A DNA stretch of 63,239 bases, filler included. It is 12 parts of 12 records of this genome, joined end to end, with 100 filler letters (N's around TTAATTAATTAA, not from the genome) between each part and the next. Parts side by side here need not be neighbours in the genome. Positions count along the whole stretch, not along the records: positions 9,321 to 15,061 come from SRR15195285_4676; positions 15,162 to 19,017 come from SRR15195285_4678; positions 19,118 to 24,398 come from SRR15195285_4688; 9 more parts are not named here. One strand, written 5' to 3'. Every line of letters starts with the position of its first letter. The stretch's first letter is position 1. The notes beneath the pieces were generated by a model. It was not told the origin of the DNA and did no database searches. It saw only the letters and a program-made list of their open reading frames with translations. Positions 10,567 to 19,478 of the stretch are shown in pieces. The position numbers and the translations under genes are program-made.

Positions 10567-13500
10567 TCACCCAAACGTGATGTCGTCTGCACTCACTGCG
10601 AGCGTGGCGAGCACTTCACTATCATGGTCGCTGCGACCAGTTATTTTGTTGCAAGCGGTCTTCAGCCGATTTCTCAACCCGCCTCCGCCACCAAGAGGCC
10701 CTGCAATGGCTAGTAGCGCATGGAAATAGACAAGCGCTACTACAACGCTGCAGATCATGCATACTGCCAAAAAAACGCCGAATTTCTGGAAAAACGTGAC
10801 CGTCGTAAACACGAGCAGAATTGCAGCAGCTGTGAACGTGGTCACAGCAGCTGAGACGACAGAGATCCCCATCTCCACAAGCGAGTGAGTAATCCGGTCC
10901 TTGCGAGAGTTCGAGTCGCAGTGGCTGTAGGCGTGTGCGTGGTGGCAGATAAAGTCCACGCAAATGCCGACCGATATTGCCATGCACATGCTCTCAAGAA
11001 CTCCGAGTTTCCACCCAATCGCCACCAACCACCCAATCACAAGGATCAGAGTTACCAAGATGGCAAGCGATGCAAGCCCTGACATGAGGAGGTCATCGGT
11101 AAATACCAGCAGCGTGAAAAATGCCAGTACGACTGCAATTGACCCAGACTCGATGGCAGAAAACTGCATCGAATCTTGCAGGTCCTTGCCGATAAAACCA
11201 AACGCAAGGAAGAAACCAGTCTCCCAACCAACAGGGGCGTTCTTCAGGTGCTCGTTGAACACTTTCTCGATTTCTTCCCACTGTGCCGTCCGCACAGGAT
11301 AGTCCCAGATGCCATGTAGACCATCATCCGTGCCATCAAGAGTTGAATGGAGCACGAGCGAGAAGGTTTTGAGTTCGCCACTCTCGTCATACGTGACGAA
11401 GGTGTCAAAAAGGTGTTCCAACAGGTCCTGGACTGTCCCCACGGCCTCGTTCTGACCCATCATCCGTAGTGCAGAGCTTGCTCTCGCAGGCGCATCACGC
11501 ACGTATGAATTAAAGCATTCCTCCCATGGCTGTGACTCTCCCTCGCCACATCCTCCACCAAACTGTGACACTGGATAAGATGCCATCTCGACCAGAGAGA
11601 CCGGGATCAGCGGCGTTGACTGCCCGGCTTCGTCCGTGTGCGTGAGCGCTTCCAGAGGGGATCTCTTTCCATTCTCCTCCGCGCGCGGAGCAAACATTGA
11701 TAGTCCACGTAGCGCTGCCATCAGTCCCTCGAGCCACGCAACCGATTCTGCAGTCAGCGTGAACTTGTCTTCGAAGTGTAGTTGGCCAAGGTCATCGAAA
11801 TCGAGAATGTTACCGTCGTCTGTGGCTTCCACACCCCAGATAAAGTACACGTCTTCGCAGCCAGGCTCGCATCCCCACGAGGTGTCGTAGTGGTCTGGCC
11901 AACCCTCGTCGTTGGCTGATCTATACACCTCCATCGGATACCACTGCGGCCACAAGTTCACTTTCGACGTCTCCTTTTCCATCTGCAGCGTGTAGCTAAA
12001 CAAAATCACCAACGTCAACACAGTACACGCACCGACGACCGGGTTCCGCAGGCGGAAAAGCCCAGGTGCAAAAATCGACTCAAAAAACTTCTCAACTGAC
12101 CGCAGCTGGGCTCCAGTCCACCCACCTGTGAACGCATCTTCATCAAGCTCGCGCACTGCGCTCAGGGAAGGTGGCGCGTAAATCGATGCTGGACAGCAGG
12201 CCCCGGCGCCAGGGCCATGGAGCGGCCATCTGAGCATATTCTTCCAAGTACGATCTTCAAGGAAAAAATGGTACACCACAACCGCAGCAGGGAACATCGT
12301 GCAGACCAACACATAATTCAAGACCACTAGCAGCGCCATAAAAGCCCCGAAGAGCCCAACGGGGATGACGTAATTCACAGTGTTGCTGAAAAATGCACAC
12401 GCAGTGGTGAACGAAGTGATGAGCATAGCCATGGATGCCCGGTGGTGCACCCAAGAGATTCTGTTCGCCAGTGGAGTCGATTTTGGTAGAATAACTTGCG
12501 ACTGGCGCCATGCATCGACGTAAACGAAGATATCATCGGCACCGATGCCACAGATGACAAACAGTCCCAGCCACAGAAGGAAGGGAAACCATCCGACTCC
12601 TGCCAGCCAGTGAATCGCCGTCTTGTAGATGGCGTAGGTGCAGAAGAATGACAGGAAGATGTGTGTCATTCCAAGCGTGGCAAGGTAAATCGAATTCGTG
12701 ACGACTGCAATATAGATGAAGATCAGCAAAAAAGAGAAGAGAGCCCAATACAGATCCTTGAAGACAAACTTATTGTTGACCGCACCCTCGATGTGGTCTC
12801 TGAACGTCGCCTGCACCGGATGAGATTCTGCATCAGCCTCAAACGCTGCCTCGCCCACATCCATCCACAGGTCGGTTAGAAATTCCTTGCGTCCACTATC
12901 ACTACCACCAGAATGATGGGTGCAGACCCGGCTACGGAGCCACGAGGTAGCGGCTCGGGAGGAGATATCATACTCATGATTGCCACAGAGTGGCTGGCTG
13001 TGCACCGAGTTCGCTCCGAAGGCTTCTGCTGTCAGTCGCCCAGAACCAAATGGCCCTCCGCCTACCAGCAGCTCGTACGTGTGATCGTGCACACCGCTGA
13101 GAATATTGCACAGTGTACTCTGGATCTGCCTGTCTGTCAGCTGGTCGCAGGTGGTTCCAGCTTTGTCGGCCACTAGACGAGGGACTGACGGAGGGATGCA
13201 ACACCCTGCTGCACCGGATGGGTTTTCCTGACAAAATGGCATGCCATCTGTGTCGTGATGATGATCTGTGTCCAGACCGTACTGGAGCACATCATCTTCC
13301 CACTTGCATATGGACCTGAACGACTCAGCCGTGTACAGGCTCGTGCCGTCCTTCCGGTCGAAGATTACCGTATAGCAGTAGCCAGAATCACGCGTGCAGT
13401 ATTCATTTCCACTATTGTCGCGTTGGACGCTAACGGAGTGCTGGAGTGAACGTCGGCGCCCCTCACCCGAGGGTTCCAGCGAGGGTGGGGCTGGAGTTTC

Positions 13501-14703
13501 ACCACCATAGCCACTGCCGGCAGCAGTCTCGCCACTCCTAGTCCCTGTCCCGGGACAATCTCCGCAGCTGACAGGACAGATGATGGCCGCTGTCAAGCCC
13601 TCCGGAACCGCCACGCCAATCATCTGAGCGGTATCGTGCAGATCTGAATCACATGGGTCTGGTAAGAACGGCGGAAAGAACGATAGCATCTGTTCGCAGT
13701 TGTATCCGGCAGTGGCAAGGAGACCCATTGGATCATCGACACACTTGTCAGGCTCTCCTGGATCCTCGCAAGCGCTGCAGAGTTGCGAGACAGTCTGTGA
13801 TGGATCGACTTCCGGATTGGTGACAGTGGTGCCGACAACAGCACCTGTGGTTAGCTTCTGTATACATGCCATCGAGCTGGCATCAAGCAAAGTCTGGCTG
13901 ATGCTGACCGCAGAGGCGACGGTCAGTCCACAGATCGCTGCGTACTGATTCACAACGGGGCACAGTTCCGAAGTGAACGCTGCCGCTGAGCATTCGCCTC
14001 CGTCCCCTGGCCCGGCAGGACAGGCGCCAGGACAGAATTCCGCGAGGCTGCTGGTAGGTAGCACTTCAGGATGCTTGCCACCGGTCAGCTGCTGGATGCA
14101 TGCCATCGTTGGTGCGTCGATCAGGCCAGGGGCAGCATTTTGTGCCATGGTCACGCCATTGGACACCGTCTGCGAACACATCGCCGGCATGGACTCGAGC
14201 GCCGGGCAGAAAGTCTGCAGAGCTGTCGGGGTGCAACCAGACGCTTGTGGGAGCGGCGGCAGCGAGGGTTCCGTGGGGCGATCTCCAGGTTCAACAGGTG
14301 TCACCGGTGCTGCCGTTTGTGGCCTGTGAGATAGGCAAGTGCTGTACAGCTTGCACTGCTTATCAAGCTGGCCATCGAAACCATCGGCGTCTCTATCGAA
14401 GAGAATTGTAGCGGTGTTGATCCTGTTGCCGATCTCGGTCCGCCTTGGAATGAAACCATCGATATTCGGATCCACGTCGCCGACAATATCATACGTGTTG
14501 ATCCCCCACGCGGAAAGGCACACGGCGGTGGCGAAGCAGACGGCCAGCGCAACGCACGCGCCGCACGGGAATGGGACGCTGCAGCAGTCGACAGTGTGGG
14601 CGAGAGTCCTGCCAACACAGTTCGCCGGTGGAATCTCTCCGTCCCCACGACGATCCCCGCTGCTGTCACCACTGTCCACGAACTCGGCCATCTCTATCTG
14701 CAT
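10567..14703 (-). CDS. Dispatched/Patched-family RND membrane protein with a sterol-sensing domain (1378 aa, single exon)
   Basis: 1+5+1+5 transmembrane layout with two large luminal loops. TM4 motif GIGADDIFVYVDAW, TM10 motif GICVDFICH, and AMLITSFTTACAF. Confidence 0.9.
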   Translation of the reverse strand: MQIEMAEFVDSGDSSGDRRGDGEIPPANCVGRTLAHTVDCCSVPFPCGACVALAVCFATAVCLSAWGINTYDIVGDVDPNIDGFIPRRTEIGNRINTATILFDRDADGFDGQLDKQCKLYSTCLSHRPQTAAPVTPVEPGDRPTEPSLPPLPQASGCTPTALQTFCPALESMPAMCSQTVSNGVTMAQNAAPGLIDAPTMACIQQLTGGKHPEVLPTSSLAEFCPGACPAGPGDGGECSAAAFTSELCPVVNQYAAICGLTVASAVSISQTLLDASSMACIQKLTTGAVVGTTVTNPEVDPSQTVSQLCSACEDPGEPDKCVDDPMGLLATAGYNCEQMLSFFPPFLPDPCDSDLHDTAQMIGVAVPEGLTAAIICPVSCGDCPGTGTRSGETAAGSGYGGETPAPPSLEPSGEGRRRSLQHSVSVQRDNSGNEYCTRDSGYCYTVIFDRKDGTSLYTAESFRSICKWEDDVLQYGLDTDHHHDTDGMPFCQENPSGAAGCCIPPSVPRLVADKAGTTCDQLTDRQIQSTLCNILSGVHDHTYELLVGGGPFGSGRLTAEAFGANSVHSQPLCGNHEYDISSRAATSWLRSRVCTHHSGGSDSGRKEFLTDLWMDVGEAAFEADAESHPVQATFRDHIEGAVNNKFVFKDLYWALFSFLLIFIYIAVVTNSIYLATLGMTHIFLSFFCTYAIYKTAIHWLAGVGWFPFLLWLGLFVICGIGADDIFVYVDAWRQSQVILPKSTPLANRISWVHHRASMAMLITSFTTACAFFSNTVNYVIPVGLFGAFMALLVVLNYVLVCTMFPAAVVVYHFFLEDRTWKNMLRWPLHGPGAGACCPASIYAPPSLSAVRELDEDAFTGGWTGAQLRSVEKFFESIFAPGLFRLRNPVVGACTVLTLVILFSYTLQMEKETSKVNLWPQWYPMEVYRSANDEGWPDHYDTSWGCEPGCEDVYFIWGVEATDDGNILDFDDLGQLHFEDKFTLTAESVAWLEGLMAALRGLSMFAPRAEENGKRSPLEALTHTDEAGQSTPLIPVSLVEMASYPVSQFGGGCGEGESQPWEECFNSYVRDAPARASSALRMMGQNEAVGTVQDLLEHLFDTFVTYDESGELKTFSLVLHSTLDGTDDGLHGIWDYPVRTAQWEEIEKVFNEHLKNAPVGWETGFFLAFGFIGKDLQDSMQFSAIESGSIAVVLAFFTLLVFTDDLLMSGLASLAILVTLILVIGWLVAIGWKLGVLESMCMAISVGICVDFICHHAHAYSHCDSNSRKDRITHSLVEMGISVVSAAVTTFTAAAILLVFTTVTFFQKFGVFLAVCMICSVVVALVYFHALLAIAGPLGGGGGLRNRLKTACNKITGRSDHDSEVLATLAVSADDITFG

Positions 14704-15061
14704 CGTGCCTCGGCCGCCACTTACGCGCGGTACCTGTACAAGCGTGTCTCGTCAAACCCACCTGTCGCGCCTCCAACCTGTCAACGGACGCCTCCTCCCA
14801 AGTTTACAGTACGGGCAGAGCCTCTGTTCAAGCTCTTCCTTCTGCTCAGCCAAGTGTGCGCACGAGGCGGTCAAGGACCTTCCCAAGCACTATACTGTAT
14901 GGGCAGCTCCCGACCAGCACCTGCCTGCCAGCTAGCTAGCATCGATCTCTCTCCGTGTACCTGGTACCGTATATGCTTGCACAAGTTACTGTACAATGTG
15001 CAAATTCTCCGCGCGCGGCAGATCCGATAAGCTACTATGAATAGTAAAGAAAGTACATTCG

Positions 15062-15161
15062 NNNNNNNNNNNNNNNNNNNNNNNNNNNNNNNNNNNNNNN
15101 NNNNNTTAATTAATTAANNNNNNNNNNNNNNNNNNNNNNNNNNNNNNNNNNNNNNNNNNNN
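15062..15161. other. Artificial contig linker
   Basis: N44-TTAATTAATTAA-N44. Confidence 0.97.
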
Positions 15162-17375
15162 GAGGAGGAGGAGGAGGAGGAAGAAGAGGAGGAGCAGGAG
15201 CAAGACCATCATCATCCCCGCCAACTACAGCAACAACTGTACATGCAGGAGGTTTCACTGCCGCCGACTTCAATTGTCAAACCATTGCCTGCGGCCGAGG
15301 GTAGAAACAATCCAGGATTTGGAGTGATTGAAATGGCGACGCGGGCAGCTGATCAGGTGACAGCTGAGAGTAAGCTGAGGAATGCAGCAGAGGCGTCACA
15401 TCTCCAGGTAATGGAAAGAATGCAAGAGATGATGGTGACGCAAATGCAGGAGATGAACAGAGTACAGATGCTTGCTCTGGCTCAACTGAAAGCCGATACA
15501 TCAGCGAGGATCTCGGAGGGGACACATCTATCACCCTCGCCACATGCGGATGAGCAGTTATTGCAGGAGAACTCAAAAACAACCCGCGGTCCTACTACCA
15601 CAAATTTGCAAAGCGCCGACACTGCTGCTGTTCCTCTCCGTACGTCGGCAGCTGCAGTGTCGCTGGGTGATGCAGAGACACCTGCGGTCGCTGTCACAAC
15701 TAGAGCCCCTGGTGGCGCGATACATGAAGAACAGACCGCAGCCACTCAGCACATGGCCATGCAGCTACATCAAGACATGACTTGGGCTATTGGCACCCAA
15801 GCAGCATGCGCGGAAATGCCGGATCCAGAGCCTGAGCCAAAGCCTGAGCCTGAGCCTGAGCCGGAGCTGGAGCTGGAGCTGGAGCTGCGTCAACCTGAGT
15901 TTGGACTGGAACCTGAGCAAGCGCATCCACAGCCGCAGTCGCAACCATTTTTGGACCCACAGCCGGAGTCACAGGAGCTGAAGCAACAGCCTCAACTGAA
16001 GTCGAAGCCGGGGGCTCAACACAAGCTGCACCCAGAGCCAGAGCCTGAGCCGAACCCACAGCTGCAGCTGACTGCAAGTGAGCTGACGTCGTGGCGCCTC
16101 GATACGTCGTCTTTGTTGCCAAGTCGTCTTGTGCACCAGACAGCAGGAATCAGTCCAGTGGAACGAGGCGGCAACTCCGCGTTTTCTCAGGACACGCAAC
16201 ACACGTTGGGGGTAGCGCAGCTCGCGGCAGCAAAGAAACGTGAAGCTTTGCTCCTTAAGGAGCTTAAAGCCACTACCTTGGAGCTTATGGGCACGCGCGA
16301 GGCACACGATCATGCGATACACGGGCGGACAGAGGCGATCCAGGCTTGTGTTGCCGCTCAAACACGTGTGAGCCAACTGAAAGACCAGTTGAACAGCCAG
16401 AGTGGAGTGGCAGAGGATGCACATTTGCAAGCTCTGAGGGTGGAGCTCCGTGCACTGCAAAAGCAGCTATCTGAGTCCTCGGTGAGCCCTGCCAACGCAC
16501 CGGCTGAGATGGCAAGCTGCAGCAACTACGGCAATCCGAGCAGCTCTATCAAGCGTCAATTGTCCTCGAAAGGTGCCGGCCGAACAACCCGCAAGTTGAA
16601 AGCGCAACAGATTGTGGCGACTGTACCGGCTGGCAGCAGGGTAAGCCGCACCAACTACGCCAACCCAAGCAACACCATGAAACGGGCAATGGTCTCAAAA
16701 GGTGCGAGCAGACCCCACACGTTGAAAGCACGCCAGATCGCATCTGCGCAAGTCCACGCGAGAGAACGGCACCCTCGTGTAAAACGGAGGCCAGATAACA
16801 AAATGTCGATCCCTGATAATTTGCCTGCGGGCTGGGCGAGTGGACGGCTCGACGACGGTACACCGTTCTTCTACCACGAGCACGACGCGCGGCACGTTGT
16901 TTTCAGCGTCCCGGAGGCTGCTGCACCGCCTGCACCGACAACGCCGAAGAAACCACAGCGCAAGGGCGATAAGACCAAGAAGGCGCGGAAGAGTGCCCAA
17001 AAGAACACGGGCACGGCGGGCGTCCCGACCAGCACGACCGTCCGCTCACCCAGCTCGAGGCCAACGGATGTGGCTGAAAAGGCCAAGGCAGTCTTACTGT
17101 GTCATTTCCAGAAATATAGTCCGGAGCAAGCCAATGAAGAGAGGGTTGCAGAGATCATCACCCAGTTTCAGCTCGCCCGCAACTTTCGAAGGGATTGGAC
17201 AGAGATCATGTACACTACGCTGATGCACGAAAACGGCGAGGACCCTCGTGATGTATGGGCGGATGTGCAGGCCACATTGGCCACATCGGAGGCTCAGGAG
17301 GAAGACCTACTGTTGCTTCAGTCGGCGGCCGAGCGGATGCATCCCTTGGTAGAGGAGCACCTGACCGAAAAATGA
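15162..17375 (+). CDS. Hypothetical protein (probably 5'-partial) with PE-rich tracts, a coiled coil, an internal repeat and a degenerate WW domain
   Basis: 710-aa ORF whose frame is open back to the (GAG)n contig edge. It has PEPEPE tracts, two NY(G/A)NPS..(I/M)KR...SKGA.R...LKA.QI units, and the WW-like LPAGWASGRLDDGTPFFYHEHDARHVVFSVP. Confidence 0.7.
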   Translation, partial: EEEEEEEEEEEQEQDHHHPRQLQQQLYMQEVSLPPTSIVKPLPAAEGRNNPGFGVIEMATRAADQVTAESKLRNAAEASHLQVMERMQEMMVTQMQEMNRVQMLALAQLKADTSARISEGTHLSPSPHADEQLLQENSKTTRGPTTTNLQSADTAAVPLRTSAAAVSLGDAETPAVAVTTRAPGGAIHEEQTAATQHMAMQLHQDMTWAIGTQAACAEMPDPEPEPKPEPEPEPELELELELRQPEFGLEPEQAHPQPQSQPFLDPQPESQELKQQPQLKSKPGAQHKLHPEPEPEPNPQLQLTASELTSWRLDTSSLLPSRLVHQTAGISPVERGGNSAFSQDTQHTLGVAQLAAAKKREALLLKELKATTLELMGTREAHDHAIHGRTEAIQACVAAQTRVSQLKDQLNSQSGVAEDAHLQALRVELRALQKQLSESSVSPANAPAEMASCSNYGNPSSSIKRQLSSKGAGRTTRKLKAQQIVATVPAGSRVSRTNYANPSNTMKRAMVSKGASRPHTLKARQIASAQVHARERHPRVKRRPDNKMSIPDNLPAGWASGRLDDGTPFFYHEHDARHVVFSVPEAAAPPAPTTPKKPQRKGDKTKKARKSAQKNTGTAGVPTSTTVRSPSSRPTDVAEKAKAVLLCHFQKYSPEQANEERVAEIITQFQLARNFRRDWTEIMYTTLMHENGEDPRDVWADVQATLATSEAQEEDLLLLQSAAERMHPLVEEHLTEK

Positions 17376-17405
17376 AATCAGTATGATTGCATTCGATGCA
17401 GACTG

Positions 17406-18816
17406 TCACTCTGACTTGGTGCTGGCACACGCAAGCCGGTCCTCATCGCCACCTTCATAATGCTTCGCAAAGCCTTTGTGAAACTTCGACCCTTCTTCGG
17501 GAGCCGCGAAGAGCACATCGTAGCCACCCTTGATGAGCAAGCCGTTCCACCACACGTGCAAGCACACAAGCACGCAGAGCAGCACGTTGGCGACCACCGC
17601 GGACGCGAACACCGTTTGCCGGCCCACCACCTCATCGATGGTCGTGCAAGCCTCCCAGACTCCTGGGTATTCCGCAGAGTCTGCCGGTGGGCAGGATAGA
17701 TCGGCGCGGTCTGGGCGGAACCACCACAACCACAGTGATGTGCCGCTCCAGATCATCTGCGGCAGCTGGTACAGGCGAAAGTAAGGCCACGAGACAAAAC
17801 AGCTCGCGTAGAAGATCTCTACGAGATAGTACCCCGCCCGGTCTTCGAGCCGGAGATAGTTGGCCGTCTTCATTAGGTCGAGAAAGATATCAGACGCATC
17901 GTGGATGAAGAGTACCATGACGCCGTAGCGTACGTAGTTGTGGTGGAATGACAGTCCAACCAGTGCCAGTGTGATGACATGGTGCCACATCATCACATAG
18001 TAGTCCTTCTGTTTCTCCAGGAAATACAACTGGCACACGCCCATGTAGAGCCACACCGCAAGCTGCGCCAAATACAGCTGGCGCAACTCCGGCTTGTTCG
18101 TCTGCACGTGTGGCGAGGGCACCGCAGCGCGCCACCCCTCCTCGAACCACGGCTCGTTGTGCAGCACTCTCCACTCGAGCACCGCAAAGACCGTGTGCAC
18201 CACCAGCTGCCATACCTGCGCCTTGAACTTGTGCATATTCTTGCGCGAGCGCAGCGGGCGGTTGAAGGGCAACCTGCGCAGCGGACCATCGCTGAGCCAG
18301 CGACCTGTGACCTCCGAGGCGATCATGACCGCATGGATCCCGACCGCCGCCCCGACTGTGAGGGCCGCCACCTTCGCCAGCAGCACTTTACCGTCCTCAT
18401 CCCTTCGCGGCAGCAGCACGTGGAACACTAGCCAGTACACCTCCAGAAAATACGCGGCCGTCACCAGCACATCAAGCCACCAGATCGGTTCAAACACCCT
18501 GCCACCACACAGCCACAGCGGACGTGCGAGTCAGAGAGAAGGAACACGCCCGCCGAATCACGCTAGCCTATGCCTGGAGGAGCGTGTGCAGCACGGTGTG
18601 CTGTGTGATTCCCTGCGCGCAAACCCCAAGCGTGAAAAACAATCCTGCCTCTCTACGGTCGACGGACCAGTCGTCGAAGTCCTCCTCCCTCTCCGCCGCA
18701 TCAGCACTGCCCGCTGCTGCTTCCGCCTCTGCTTCCTCGTCCCGCGCCGCAGATCTCTTCCCCACTGACAGCGAGGCGACGGCCGATGCGACGCTTCCAC
18801 CGCTGCCGTTCGCCAT
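17406..18816 (-). CDS. LAG1: TLC-domain ceramide synthase (LAG1/LAC1/CerS family); probable short first exon
   Basis: KFKAQVWQLVVH and the Lag1 motif QKDYYVMMWHHVITLALVGLS...GVMVLFIHDASDIFLDLMK. The first exon MANGSGG...EDFDDW joins in phase 2 via GTCCGT (~18668) to CAG (18499). Confidence 0.9.
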
Positions 18817-18857
18817 CGCTGCCGCCGCTCTCTCTCTGGCCCGCCCACTCCCGGTAT

Positions 18858-18955
18858 CTCACCAGTCAATTCTACGTGACGGAAAAACTTCGGCGAACCC
18901 CCCTCACCGGTCAATTGTATGTAAAGCAAAACTCGGCGACCTCTTCTCACCACTA
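18858..18955. repeat. Degenerate ~44-bp tandem repeat upstream of the ceramide synthase
   Basis: CTCACC(A/G)GTCAATT at 18858 and 18903, each followed by AAAAC(T)TCGGCGA; a third CTCACC starts at 18946. Confidence 0.7.
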
Positions 18956-19017
18956 AACGGCTATCACGATTTTGAACAATTGTTCCGCCTGCTCCCGAAG
19001 GACATCGACATGCAATG

Positions 19018-19117
19018 NNNNNNNNNNNNNNNNNNNNNNNNNNNNNNNNNNNNNNNNNNNNTTAATTAATTAANNNNNNNNNNNNNNNNNNNNNNNNNNN
19101 NNNNNNNNNNNNNNNNN
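19018..19117. other. Artificial contig linker
   Basis: N44-TTAATTAATTAA-N44. Confidence 0.97.
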
Positions 19118-19478
19118 GGACCCGGAGCAGCTCCGGCAGGTGTGTGCCGCACCCTCCATACATACCATCGCTCAGAGAGATGCGCGCATCTACCTGTCTG
19201 CCTGCCCCCCTTTGCGCCTGGGAAGCTGCGTCCCTTTCTCTGTCTACCTGCCTGTGTGTGTGTCTCTGTGTGTGCGCGCGCGCGCGCCCGCGCATGTGGG
19301 CCCCTCTGGGTGTCCCGCTCCTACAGTTAGTATGGTGATGCTCCCCCAGCCTCTGTCGGCGTCTTGTGCAGTGTGCACATGCTTCGCCCGCGTGCTTTGC
19401 CCGCACCGCGGAGGTAGCTGTGCTCGGTGAGCGGAGAGTAGCTGCCGATGCTCCCCTCTCCCCCTGTGGCCGCTGCTG

